Assembly (NCBI GenBank): GCA_944386675.1
Contig: CALXBY010000005.1
Coordinates: 979 to 64,978, forward strand
Source of the DNA: an uncultured Clostridia bacterium
Lineage (GTDB): Bacteria; Bacillota; Clostridia; TANB77; CAG-508
Direction: 5' to 3'
Length of the DNA stretch: 64,000 nucleotides
The notes under the pieces: generated by a model
Databases searched by the model: none
Told to the model about the DNA's origin: nothing
Seen by the model: only the letters and a program-made list of their open reading frames with translations
Shown: positions 20,157 to 29,975 of the stretch, one piece after another
Position numbering within the stretch: position 1 is the first letter of the stretch
How the letters are laid out: every line of letters starts with the position of its first letter
Translations under genes and position numbers: made by a program

Positions 20157-21434
20157 TTACATACCTGTTACTGGTAAAATTTTTTGATGATAAACCTCTT
20201 CTTTTTTTGTTATTTTTTCAATTTCTGGCGGTTCTTCTTTTTTATTATTAACGGTTATACTAACTTCTTCATTTAATTTTATTTCTACTTCAATTAATTC
20301 TTCATATATTTCATAACCATTAGCCGCTTTTGTTTCTTTTATATAATATTTTCCTGGAATCAAATTTTCTATTTCTATTCTTCCTTTATTATCTGTTTGT
20401 AAATTTGTATAAATAACATTCTTATTTTCGTCTAAAAGTTGAAATTCTACACCTCGTATTTTTTCCTCTGTTTCCTCATTTTGTTTTATAATCACAATTT
20501 TTGTTTTATTTTTTGTATATATATCTTCAAGATTGCCATTTCCATCTTCATAAGTTGATGCTGTTAAAGCATAATCTTGAAAATTAGAATTTAGTGCTTT
20601 TCCATATAAAATTGGTTTGGTTTCTATTTTAGTTTCTACATTAATTTTTATTGTTTTATCATCCTTCATATTTTTAATAGGAATTAGTATTTTAAATATT
20701 TCATTAGAACTAAATTCTTCTTTTTCTTCATTATTCTCATTTGTTATTTTAATATCCTCCATTTTTTTACCAGTTTCATCTGTTATTGTTATTTTATAAT
20801 TATCTATTGGGCTTAGGCTATTTATTTTATATTTTTTAGAAACATATTCTAAATTCATATTATCTTGCTGCCATGCTTCTTGAAGTTTTTGAATATCTAC
20901 CTGATTAGAAATTTGCATTTGATTTGAATGATTTGCATCATTTACAATTTTATATAAAGCATTTAAAGTCCTTTGTCCTGCTTCTCCTATTGCTTCATAT
21001 CCACTTAATTCATTCCCATGAATATATGTATAAACAGCTTGTTTTGTAGCTGTAAAAGCTTCTTCTTTATTGGCAACTCCTAATTCTTCTATGGTTTTAT
21101 ATGGATACCCATTAATTAATATTCTCCATAACTTAACATCTTTTATTGCTTCTTCTACTGAAACTTCATATGTTGGATTTGCTTCAGATACACCAGATTT
21201 ATTTTTATCTAAGCAATATGCAGGATAAGCTTTTCCTTCATAAATATATTCTGCATAAAATGTTTCTATAATCATTCCTTTATATTTTAATAAGTAACCA
21301 CAGTTTCCTGTTGATTTAATATTTGTCACATTTAAATTACTTGCTATTACTGAATTGGCAAAGCTAAAAAGACTTAATATAATAATTGCTACACTAATCC
21401 ATATTATTTTTATAAATTTCTTTATTTTATACAA
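20157..21434 (-). CDS. secreted thioester-domain-like adhesin with SpaA/Cna-B-type domain, ending LPVTGM-stop
   Basis: 425 aa with a TTG start and a signal peptide. AYCLDKNK ... TATKQAVYTY resembles the Cys / Q-A-[IV]-[WY] thioester signature. RGVEFQLLDENKNVIYTNLQTDNKGRIEIENLIPGKYYIKETKAANGYE is a Cna-B/SpaA fold. LPVTG lies 1 residue from the stop. Confidence 0.75.
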   Translation of the reverse strand: MYKIKKFIKIIWISVAIIILSLFSFANSVIASNLNVTNIKSTGNCGYLLKYKGMIIETFYAEYIYEGKAYPAYCLDKNKSGVSEANPTYEVSVEEAIKDVKLWRILINGYPYKTIEELGVANKEEAFTATKQAVYTYIHGNELSGYEAIGEAGQRTLNALYKIVNDANHSNQMQISNQVDIQKLQEAWQQDNMNLEYVSKKYKINSLSPIDNYKITITDETGKKMEDIKITNENNEEKEEFSSNEIFKILIPIKNMKDDKTIKINVETKIETKPILYGKALNSNFQDYALTASTYEDGNGNLEDIYTKNKTKIVIIKQNEETEEKIRGVEFQLLDENKNVIYTNLQTDNKGRIEIENLIPGKYYIKETKAANGYEIYEELIEVEIKLNEEVSITVNNKKEEPPEIEKITKKEEVYHQKILPVTGM

Positions 21435-21450
21435 ATATTTTTCACATCCT

Positions 21451-22062
21451 TTATTTTTCTATTCCTTGTATACATCTTCTGTATTGTGGTTCATTTTCTA
21501 CACATGTTATTAATGTTATTCTATTTTCTTCTGTTTTTTCTAAATTAGTCCAATCTGTGTTTTTTATGATTTCGTGTTTTGTAACTTTATATATTTTCTC
21601 TATATTTTTATATTTATATATAATTTCATCTCCTTCTTCTAATTCTTTTATTCTAGCAAAATAGTTGTTTTTATATCCTCTGTTATGTGCTGCTAAACAT
21701 ACATTTCCTATGATTTCTGGAGTTTCCTCAAAATGTCCTACATAGTCTTCCATTGTTTTCATAGTTGTTCCTTCTTGTATAGGCGCTTTAAGTGATATTT
21801 TATCTATTTTTATATACCACTCTTCTTTCTCAATATCTTCATTATTATCTGGAATTATTACATTATTCTTTTTAAAATTATTTGAAGCAATATCTTGTTC
21901 TTGTATTTGATTTAAATTATCTTGTGATATAAAATCTGCTTTGAATTTAACTTTGTTTATTGAAATATCTATTGCATTGATAAAAAAACTTGTGAATACA
22001 TATATAATTATAGAAATAATTAAAGAAATTAAATTTATAAACTTGCTAGTATATACTATAAT
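21451..22062 (-). CDS. sortase (transpeptidase); only non-canonical start candidates (ATT 22062 or ATA 22059)
   Basis: The ORF track starts at M 21762, but the frame is open to 22179 and hand-reads as a TM anchor (IIVYTSKFINLISLIISIIIYVF) plus WYIKIDKISLKAPIQEGTT. Catalytic motifs are AAHNRGY and TLITC. An AAGGAGA RBS lies 9 nt before the ATT. Confidence 0.7.
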   Translation of the reverse strand: MIVYTSKFINLISLIISIIIYVFTSFFINAIDISINKVKFKADFISQDNLNQIQEQDIASNNFKKNNVIIPDNNEDIEKEEWYIKIDKISLKAPIQEGTTMKTMEDYVGHFEETPEIIGNVCLAAHNRGYKNNYFARIKELEEGDEIIYKYKNIEKIYKVTKHEIIKNTDWTNLEKTEENRITLITCVENEPQYRRCIQGIEK

Positions 22063-22287
22063 AGTTTTTCTCTCCTTATAAAAATGTAGTTGATTTTTGT
22101 TAGATTTTGTTTTTTTGAAAAAATTTTTTCGAATAAATTTTAGATTTGCAAATCTTTGAAATATAAAAATTTGTGAATGTTAACACTATTATCTTAATAC
22201 ATTTTTTTCCATTTGTAAAGAACTTTTCATCGCAAAATTCGACAAACTTGTTCTGCCTCAAAATCTTAGATATTAAAAAGTGGAAAT

Positions 22288-22336
22288 AAAAAAGAGATTT
22301 TTTATAGTATTTTATTTTAAAAAATCTCTTTTTTTC
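22288..22336 (-). terminator. intrinsic terminator after the histidine kinase gene
   Basis: AAAAAGAGATTTTTT ... AAAAAATCTCTTTTT hairpin with a T-run on the minus strand. Confidence 0.7.
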
Positions 22337-22346
22337 ATATATAAAC

Positions 22347-23840
22347 TTATATTTTCAAGTCTAATTCAAAATAAAATTCAACACCATCTTCTTTATTAAT
22401 AACACCATAATCGTTTTTATAATTACTCATAATTGCCTTTACAAATGATAAACCAATACCAGTTCCTCCATCTGCTCTATTTCTTGATTCGTCTACTTTA
22501 TAAAAACGATTCCAAATTCTTGTCAAGTCCTCTTCTTTTATATTGATACCTGTATTAAATACTCTTATTCTTACTTTATTTTTCTCAATATTAACATCAT
22601 TTTTTATAACAATACTTTTCTTTCCATTTCTCTCTTCAACATGCTTAATTGCATTTGTTACATAATTCGTTATTACTTGCTCAATATAGAAATCATCTGC
22701 AATAACATTAATTTCTTCAGGTGAAACTAATTCAACCTCTACTTGTTTTTCCTCAAGCATAACTTTTGATTTTCTGATAACTTCTTTTTCTAATTCTACT
22801 ATATTAAATTCCGTATCCGAAAATTCTCTTTTTCCATATTCCAATTTCATCAATTCTAATAATTGTTTTACCAATTTATCCATTTTATTTGTTTCATCTA
22901 GAATAACTTCTGCATAAAACTTCCTACTTTCATCATCTGTATTAACATTTTCTAGTAACCCTTCACTATATCCTTGTATTAAAGCTATCGGTGTTTTTAA
23001 TTCGTGTGATACATCTGATATAAAACTTTTTCTCATTTCATCAATTTTTGATTTTTCTTCTATATCTTTCTCTAATTCTATATTCGTACTTCTTAATTGT
23101 TTAATTGTGCTTTCCAATTTATCTGACATTAGATTGATACTTTTTCCTAGATTGTTAATCTCATCATCTGCATCTGTTATTCTATATTTGTGACTAAAAT
23201 CCAAATTTGACATATTTTTAGCAATTGTATTTAATTCTAATATTGGTTCTGTAAATTTTCTACTTACAAAAGATACCACAACTGCAGATATTAAAATTGT
23301 AAATCCTGCAATTAAATACAAAAAATTGTTTGATATTTTTACACTTTCTTCTATTGATGAAACTGGTATTCTTATGTATAGTAAATATCCGTTATCTAAT
23401 CTTGCTGACAACAGAATATATGAAATTCCTGTTTTTGAGTCCTTTAACCTTCTAATAATAAAATCATCGTTTTCTTCTAGTAATTCTCCAATATTTAAAT
23501 TGTTTGTTAATGCATTCATTTCTCCAAAAGTTGATAAGAAATCCTTATTTGACGTAAATACATTTATATTCTCATTATCCTTTATTAAAATGTCAAAATT
23601 ATTTTTTACAGCTAATTTTTCTAACTCCGAATTTATATCAATATCAGATGGATGATTATAATAATTATTTATCAATTTATATACATCCTTTAAATCGTTT
23701 GTTTTACTATATAAATAAAATTGCCCAAATACTAAGTTATTTAATAAAATTAAAAATACGATTAATAAAATAATAATTAATGATACCATTAAAAATAATT
23801 TTATTCTTACAGATTTTAATGCATTTCTTATTTTTCCCAT
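22347..23840 (-). CDS. sensor histidine kinase (two TM helices, HAMP, HisKA, HATPase_c)
   Basis: 497 aa. H-box FISDVSHELKTPIA, N-box VITNYVTNAIKH, G-box GGTGIGLSFVK. Confidence 0.9.
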   Translation of the reverse strand: MGKIRNALKSVRIKLFLMVSLIIILLIVFLILLNNLVFGQFYLYSKTNDLKDVYKLINNYYNHPSDIDINSELEKLAVKNNFDILIKDNENINVFTSNKDFLSTFGEMNALTNNLNIGELLEENDDFIIRRLKDSKTGISYILLSARLDNGYLLYIRIPVSSIEESVKISNNFLYLIAGFTILISAVVVSFVSRKFTEPILELNTIAKNMSNLDFSHKYRITDADDEINNLGKSINLMSDKLESTIKQLRSTNIELEKDIEEKSKIDEMRKSFISDVSHELKTPIALIQGYSEGLLENVNTDDESRKFYAEVILDETNKMDKLVKQLLELMKLEYGKREFSDTEFNIVELEKEVIRKSKVMLEEKQVEVELVSPEEINVIADDFYIEQVITNYVTNAIKHVEERNGKKSIVIKNDVNIEKNKVRIRVFNTGINIKEEDLTRIWNRFYKVDESRNRADGGTGIGLSFVKAIMSNYKNDYGVINKEDGVEFYFELDLKI

Positions 23841-23863
23841 TTTCTCCCATCCTTAGGTAAAAA

Positions 23864-24550
23864 TCATTTTACCTCAAATTTATATCCTACACCTCTCATT
23901 GTTTGAATATATTTTCCTTTTTTTCCTAGTTTGTGTCTAATTTTTTTTATATGACTATCTATTGTTCTTGAATCTCCATAATAATCATAATTCCATACAT
24001 TATTTAGTATCTTATCTCTTGATAATGCTATATTTTCATTTTCTACTAAATATGTCAATAGTTCATACTCTCTTAAACTTAATTCAATTGTTTTTCCATC
24101 TACTTTGACAGTTCTTCCTTCTTTATCAATTTCTATTCCACCATAATCCTTAATTTCTTTTTCATCTTTATTTGTTCTTTTTAAAATTGCCTCTACACGT
24201 GCAACTAGAATTTTAGGACTAAATGGTTTTGAAATATATTCATCAACACCTAATTCAAATCCGAATAATTCATCTTGTTCTTCTCCTCTTGCTGTTAACA
24301 TGATAATTGGTACTTTTGACTCTTGTCTAATTTGTCTTAAAACTGACCATCCATCTAATTTTGGCATCATAACATCTAATAAAATAAGACTAATTTTGTT
24401 TTTATTTTCTTCAAAAACTTCTAATCCTTTTTCACCATCTTCTGCTTCTAATATACTATATCCTTTTGCTGCCAAAAAGTCTTTAATCAGCTTTCTCATT
24501 CTTAACTCATCATCTACAATTAAAATGCAGTTATTAAGCATATCTACCAC
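23864..24550 (-). CDS. OmpR-family response regulator
   Basis: 228 aa. ILIVDDE...LILLDVMMPKLDG is the receiver domain. The C-terminal winged helix is LSLREYELLTYL...RTIDSHIKKIR..L...IQTMRGVGYKF. Confidence 0.92.
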   Translation of the reverse strand: MVDMLNNCILIVDDELRMRKLIKDFLAAKGYSILEAEDGEKGLEVFEENKNKISLILLDVMMPKLDGWSVLRQIRQESKVPIIMLTARGEEQDELFGFELGVDEYISKPFSPKILVARVEAILKRTNKDEKEIKDYGGIEIDKEGRTVKVDGKTIELSLREYELLTYLVENENIALSRDKILNNVWNYDYYGDSRTIDSHIKKIRHKLGKKGKYIQTMRGVGYKFEVK

Positions 24551-24621
24551 TCCTATTTTTTATTATTGTTATTATATATTATACAAAGGTTTTATGTCTA
24601 TATTGTGAAAAAAATTTATTT

Positions 24622-24746
24622 AATCCCTGAATCATTTTACATTTTAAAGTTTTCATTAAACATAGTTCAAATTAGAAAGTTTTAATAACTTCCTTTTTTA
24701 TTACTTAAATTGTAAACTTTAAAAAATATAAAATGGTTCAGGGATT
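24622..24746. repeat. 18-bp inverted repeats (17/18) bracketing 89 bp upstream of the two-component operon
   Basis: AATCCCTGAATCATTTTA (24622-24639) matches the reverse complement of TAAAATGGTTCAGGGATT (24729-24746). The interior carries a minus-strand TTGAAC-18-TAAAAT promoter-like pair. Confidence 0.6.
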
Positions 24747-24757
24747 TTAAATATATT

Positions 24758-25834
24758 CTAATTTTTCACATATACAGTTTTTGTTTCATACGCTAACTCA
24801 ATATGCTCTTCTCTTAATATTTTCATAATTTTCATATTAATATCCTCTACTTCATTTAAGTAACTTGTATAATCAACTGAGTTTGTATATGTATAAATTA
24901 ATACATTAATTCCGTTAGTTGTTATTTGATCAAATCTTACAATAATAGAATCATCATAAACACTTTCTCTTTCTTGTAACATTTTTTCAATTCTTGTTTT
25001 TAATAGCTCTAATTTCTCTAGTGGCGTATTTAATTCTACACATAAGTTTGTTTTATATCTTCTTTTTTCCATTTTACTCCAATTGGTTACAGATGCATCT
25101 GCAATAATAGCATTTGGAATATTTACAATAGCATTTTCAAAAGTTCTAATTCTAGTCGTTCTAAATGTTATATCTTCTATTGTTCCTTCATACTTGTCCA
25201 TTTGAATCCAATCTCCAACAACAAAAGGTTTATCTATAAAAATAACGACTCCGCCAAATAAATTTTTAGCTGTATCTTGCGCTGCAAGTGTTACAATAAC
25301 ACCACCTAATCCTAATCCTGCAATTAGTCCTGTTAAATTAATTTCTAATATTGCTAATACTAAAAATATAGCCACTATATAAATCAGTACTCTTGTAACC
25401 TTTAAGACAAATTCAAATACTGTATCATCCATTTTTTCACTTACAGTTTTTCTTAGTCTTTTTCCTAATGTAGATTTTAATGTAAAGCTATTGGCTAACC
25501 CTACTGCTATTTCGATAACACTTATAATCTTAAATACTTTTGTTACAACATCCATCACTTGTGCATTAATTTGTAATGGCACTTTTAGAAAAACAATTGC
25601 TAAGTAAATACCTAAAATGATAAAAAATATTTTTAAAGGTTTAAAGAATGCACTTTCTTTTATTTCTTTTGCCTTTTTACTTTTTATTTTAAATATTCTG
25701 ATAATCATATAGGAAAATGTACCACTTAATATTCTGAAAAACACAATAATTCCAATAGCTATTATAATATCTATAATTTGTATTGATGTTACTCTGTTCC
25801 AAAAATCAACCAACTGCTCCATATTTTCCTCCAA
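24758..25834 (-). CDS. mechanosensitive ion channel (MscS family)
   Basis: 358 aa. TM helices followed by AKNLFGGVVIFIDKPFVVGDWIQMDKYEGTIEDITFRTTRIRTFEN, the MscS beta-domain signature. Confidence 0.88.
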   Translation of the reverse strand: MEENMEQLVDFWNRVTSIQIIDIIIAIGIIVFFRILSGTFSYMIIRIFKIKSKKAKEIKESAFFKPLKIFFIILGIYLAIVFLKVPLQINAQVMDVVTKVFKIISVIEIAVGLANSFTLKSTLGKRLRKTVSEKMDDTVFEFVLKVTRVLIYIVAIFLVLAILEINLTGLIAGLGLGGVIVTLAAQDTAKNLFGGVVIFIDKPFVVGDWIQMDKYEGTIEDITFRTTRIRTFENAIVNIPNAIIADASVTNWSKMEKRRYKTNLCVELNTPLEKLELLKTRIEKMLQERESVYDDSIIVRFDQITTNGINVLIYTYTNSVDYTSYLNEVEDINMKIMKILREEHIELAYETKTVYVKN

Positions 25835-25857
25835 TATTAAAATTCATTATTTTCAAT

Positions 25858-27090
25858 CTATCCCATATAATCTCTAAGCTTCTTACTTCTACTTGGATGT
25901 CTTAATTTTCTTAATGCTTTTGCTTCTATTTGTCTTATTCTTTCTCTTGTTACTTGAAATTCTCTTCCAACTTCTTCTAATGTCCTTGACTTTCCATCTT
26001 CTAATCCAAATCTTAGTTTTAATACTTTAGCTTCTCTTGGCGTTAAAGTATTCATTACTTCTTCTAATTGTTCTCTAAGCATTGTATATGCTGCTGAATC
26101 TTGTGGTGCTGGAGAATCATCATCTTGTATAAAATCACCTAAATGACTATCATCTTCTTCTCCTATAGGTGTTTCCAAAGATACTGGATCTTGTGCAATT
26201 TTTTGAATCTCAATAACTTTTTCAACTGGAATTTCCATTTCAGCTGCAATTTCTTCTGGGGTTGGTTCTCTTCCTAATTGTTGTAATAAATGTCTTGATG
26301 TTCTGATTAATTTATTAATTGTTTCTACCATATGAACTGGAATTCTGATTGTTCTTGCTTGGTCTGCAATTGCTCTTGTAATAGCTTGTCTAATCCACCA
26401 TGTAGCATAAGTACTAAATTTGAATCCTTTTGTATAGTCAAATTTCTCAACAGCTTTTATTAATCCCATATTTCCTTCTTGAATTAAATCCAAAAATAGC
26501 ATTCCTCTTCCTACATATTTTTTTGCAATACTTACAACCAATCTTAAATTTGATTCTGCTAATTTTTGTTTTGCTTCTTCATCACCTTTTAATACTTTTT
26601 TAGCTAAATCTAATTCTTCATCAAAAGTAAGTAATGGAATTCTTCCAATTTCTCTTAAATACATTCTTACTGGGTCATCAACATTAATTCCTTCATAGCT
26701 AGTATCTGTGATTTCATCTAATTTTAAATCTTCTACTTCTTTTAAATCTTCAATATCTGGTTCTTCATCCATGTCATCTTGTAGTAAGTCTACTCCTAAT
26801 TCTTCAAAAGCATCAAAAACTTTGTCAATCTGGTCTGGATTAACATCATCTAATTCAGATGCTAAATCTCCATAGGTGATTTTTCCTTTTTCTTTTGCTT
26901 TTTTCAATATATTATTTACTTTTTCTTCTTTCAATTTTTTTGTTTCTTCTGTTTCTTCTATATTTTCTTCTTTTTTAGTTTGTTCTACTTCTTCTGCTTT
27001 TTCATGTGCTTTTTTTCTTACTTTTTCAATTTTTTCTTTCATTCCTTCTTGTTTTAATTCTTCTTGTTTATTCCCTTCTTTTTCTGCCAT
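25858..27090 (-). CDS. sigA: RNA polymerase primary sigma factor
   Basis: 410 aa. Acidic region 1; region 2 [39 protein letters not shown]; region 4 [28 protein letters not shown]. Confidence 0.97.
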   Translation of the reverse strand: MAEKEGNKQEELKQEGMKEKIEKVRKKAHEKAEEVEQTKKEENIEETEETKKLKEEKVNNILKKAKEKGKITYGDLASELDDVNPDQIDKVFDAFEELGVDLLQDDMDEEPDIEDLKEVEDLKLDEITDTSYEGINVDDPVRMYLREIGRIPLLTFDEELDLAKKVLKGDEEAKQKLAESNLRLVVSIAKKYVGRGMLFLDLIQEGNMGLIKAVEKFDYTKGFKFSTYATWWIRQAITRAIADQARTIRIPVHMVETINKLIRTSRHLLQQLGREPTPEEIAAEMEIPVEKVIEIQKIAQDPVSLETPIGEEDDSHLGDFIQDDDSPAPQDSAAYTMLREQLEEVMNTLTPREAKVLKLRFGLEDGKSRTLEEVGREFQVTRERIRQIEAKALRKLRHPSRSKKLRDYMG

Positions 27091-27103
27091 TTTATATTCA
27101 CCC

Positions 27104-28894
27104 CTATCTAATTTTTGCTAATCTGATAATAATATCACTTAGCTCCTTTTCTAATTTTTTCTTTTCATTTTCTTCTATTGCTTTTTCTTCTAATAATTCT
27201 AAAATCTCAAGTTTTCTTTCATTTAGTTTTTCTTTTTCGTAAGTTTGTATAATATCATCTATGGCTTTTTCTACATCATCAATTCCATAATCTTCTGCCA
27301 TTATCATAGTTATATGATTTTGTTCTTCTTCTGATAAATTATCAATAATACTATTTATATTACTATTTCCATTTTCAAACTCTTCATACAGTTTACTAGC
27401 AATCTTTTTATCTATATCATATTTGAAATCTTCTATTTTTATATTTTGCTTTATAATTTGATATATATTCACATCACCTGAAAGTAAAATTGCTAAAATA
27501 GTATTTTCTCTTCGCTTAATCGCTTCAGAAATATTATCCTGGTTTGTTTTCTCTAAATGTTTTATTACTGGCTTTGCTTTATGTAAAATTTTCTCATCCG
27601 TATTTTCTTTATATGTCAATTTATTTACTTCTGCATAGATAGCCTCTTTTGAAACATCATATTCTTTTGCTATTTTTTCTATATAAACTTCTCTCTCCAT
27701 ACTGTTATCAATTTTTGAAATTATTTTTGCTATCTCATTTAAGAATTTTATTTTATCATTTGTACTTTCTAAATTTAAAGATTGTCTTAATATTTTAACT
27801 TTAAATTCTATAATGGAAATTGCTTTATCTACCAAATTCTGAAATCTTGCATTTCCATATTTAATCACATATTCATCTGGGTCTTTTGCTCCTTCCATTT
27901 GTAGTACCCTAATATCACATCCCATATTTTGTAATATTTCCATTGCTCTTACTTTAGCTGTTTGTCCAGCTTCATCTGAATCGTAGCTCAAAATAATTTG
28001 TTCTGTATTATTTCTAAGCAAATATCCTTGTTGTTGTGTTAATGCCGTTCCTAAGGAAGCAACTACATTGTGAATATCTCTTTGATGGAGAGATATTACA
28101 TCCATGTATCCTTCTACAATGAGTAGTCTTTTTTTGATATCATATTTTTTCGCAACATTTAGTCCATATAAGTGCCTTCCCTTACTATATACAACATTTT
28201 CAGGAGAGTTTATATATTTGGGTTTTGAGTCATCTAAAACTCTTCCTCCAAATGCGATGACTCTTCCTCTTACATCACATATAGGAAACATTAATCTGTT
28301 TCTATATCTGTCAATATATTGACCTCTTTCATTTTTATTAACTAAGCCAGACTCTAAAATTTCCCTATCTTCAAATCCTTGTTTTTTTAATTCTCTATAT
28401 AATTCATCAAATTTTCCTGAAAATCCTATTTGAAAAGATTTTAACGTTTCATTTGATAACTTTCTTTTTTTTATGTATTCTTGAGCCATTTTAGACTCTG
28501 GTCTATATAAATTTTCATGATAATACTTTGCTGTAAATTCATTCACTTTATATACCTTTGCTTTTAGAGCTTCTTTTGCTGAATCTACATTATTTTCTAA
28601 AGTTGGTAGTTGTATATTTGCTCTCTCCGCTAAAAGTTGTACAGCCTCTACAAAATTAATTCCCTCAATTTTCGTTAAAAAAGTAAATACATTTCCACCT
28701 ACGCCACATCCGAAGCAATGAAATATCTGTTTTTCTGGAGATACTGAAAAAGAAGGTGATTTTTCATTATGAAAAGGACATAGTCCAAAATAATTTCTGC
28801 CACTTCTTTTTAATCTTACATATTGTGATATAACATCTACAATGTCATTAGATTGTCTTACATCATCAATGATTTCGTCACTATACCTTGCCAT
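27104..28894 (-). CDS. dnaG: DNA primase
   Basis: 596 aa. Zinc ribbon [26 protein letters not shown] and Toprim [13 protein letters not shown]. Lies upstream of sigA, the classic dnaG-sigA operon. Confidence 0.96.
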   Translation of the reverse strand: MARYSDEIIDDVRQSNDIVDVISQYVRLKRSGRNYFGLCPFHNEKSPSFSVSPEKQIFHCFGCGVGGNVFTFLTKIEGINFVEAVQLLAERANIQLPTLENNVDSAKEALKAKVYKVNEFTAKYYHENLYRPESKMAQEYIKKRKLSNETLKSFQIGFSGKFDELYRELKKQGFEDREILESGLVNKNERGQYIDRYRNRLMFPICDVRGRVIAFGGRVLDDSKPKYINSPENVVYSKGRHLYGLNVAKKYDIKKRLLIVEGYMDVISLHQRDIHNVVASLGTALTQQQGYLLRNNTEQIILSYDSDEAGQTAKVRAMEILQNMGCDIRVLQMEGAKDPDEYVIKYGNARFQNLVDKAISIIEFKVKILRQSLNLESTNDKIKFLNEIAKIISKIDNSMEREVYIEKIAKEYDVSKEAIYAEVNKLTYKENTDEKILHKAKPVIKHLEKTNQDNISEAIKRRENTILAILLSGDVNIYQIIKQNIKIEDFKYDIDKKIASKLYEEFENGNSNINSIIDNLSEEEQNHITMIMAEDYGIDDVEKAIDDIIQTYEKEKLNERKLEILELLEEKAIEENEKKKLEKELSDIIIRLAKIR

Positions 28895-28996
28895 TATTCT
28901 CCTTCCCTCCTAAAATATTTCACATAACTATACATAATTATATTATTCGACGTATTTTACATAAATCCTTCTCTTTATTTAAAAAAATGTCCATTG

Positions 28997-29310
28997 GGGA
29001 CGTGCCAAATCGTTCCGAAATGATACTAAAAGGGACAGACCTATGTTCAAATTATTATATAAGCAGTATATTTCTTAATTTATGGAATGAAGAATGTAAA
29101 TGAAATCATATTAGAAAATATTAAAGTATCTATTAGGAGAATCTCAAAACTTGATTTTGAGAGGTACCTATTAGATACTTTTAAATTTTCTTATATGATG
29201 TAATGCGAACCTAAGGAATGTAATAAATTAAGAAATATACTCTTTTTCAAAAACTTTTTTAGATAGGTCTGTCCCTTTTAGTATCATTTTGAAACGATTT
29301 GGCACGTCCC
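28997..29310. repeat. 314-bp nested imperfect palindrome (48-bp outer arms, 46/48) with GGGGACG core
   Basis: GGGACGTGCCAAATCGTTCCGAAATGATACTAAAAGGGACAGACCTAT (28997-29044) matches the reverse complement of 29263-29310. Inner arms also pair: AGTATATTTCTTAATTTAT / ATAAATTAAGAAATATACT, AAAGTATCTATTAGG / CCTATTAGATACTTT and TCTCAAAA / TTTTGAGA. The axis is near 29152. Confidence 0.9.
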
Positions 29311-29975
29311 TAAAGTTCATTCATCAGTGCAATTTTATTATCTATTTTATTAACAATTTTTGCATAATTTACTAGTTCTTTTGAAGTTTTCTTATTAACT
29401 TCTTTATCTGTTTTATATTTCATTTTATGTTCCAAACTAGCCCAGAAATCCATCGCCAAAGTTCTAATTTGTATTTCTACTTTAACATATATAATCTGAT
29501 TTGACAAAGTAACTGGCACTTTTGCTATCATATGATAGCTAGAATATCCACTTTCTTTTGGATGATTTACATAGTCCTTTTCTTTTTCAATATAAATTCC
29601 TGGCATTTGTTCAATCAAATTTCTAATTTTAAATATATCATCTTTTAATTGGCATATTACTCGAATACCTGCAATATCATTTATATTTTCTATCATTTCT
29701 TTATATGTAAGTTCATAACCTTTTTTCTTCATTTTGTTAACAATACTATCTGGTTGTTTTATTCTTGTGTTAATGTGATCAATTAAATCATAATTATAAA
29801 AAACTTTAAATTCTCTCTGCAATATATTTATTTTTGTTTCTAATTCTGCAATCGCCATATCATAAATTGCCATTAATTTTTCAAATGTATTTGTTTTTTC
29901 TTCTATTTTTTCATCATAACTTAAAAAGTTCTTCATCTCCATAATTCCTAATTCTTTAACTTTATTTTTTTTCAT
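29310..29975 (-). CDS. small alarmone synthetase (RelA/SpoT-domain GTP pyrophosphokinase, RelQ/RelP type)
   Basis: 221 aa. RIKQPDSIVNKM...DIAGIRVICQ...GYSSYHMI...VEIQIRTLAMDFWASLEHK is the synthetase domain signature. Confidence 0.88.
   Translation of the reverse strand: MKKNKVKELGIMEMKNFLSYDEKIEEKTNTFEKLMAIYDMAIAELETKINILQREFKVFYNYDLIDHINTRIKQPDSIVNKMKKKGYELTYKEMIENINDIAGIRVICQLKDDIFKIRNLIEQMPGIYIEKEKDYVNHPKESGYSSYHMIAKVPVTLSNQIIYVKVEIQIRTLAMDFWASLEHKMKYKTDKEVNKKTSKELVNYAKIVNKIDNKIALMNEL

Noticed and set aside
19835-20251. ORFs 19835..20068 (-) and 19904..20251 (+) spanning the inverted-repeat element.
   Set aside because: They have no RBS. They run through both IR arms and into the antisense of the adhesin gene. 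Both strands being open is most simply a by-product of the GC-richer core lacking stop codons.
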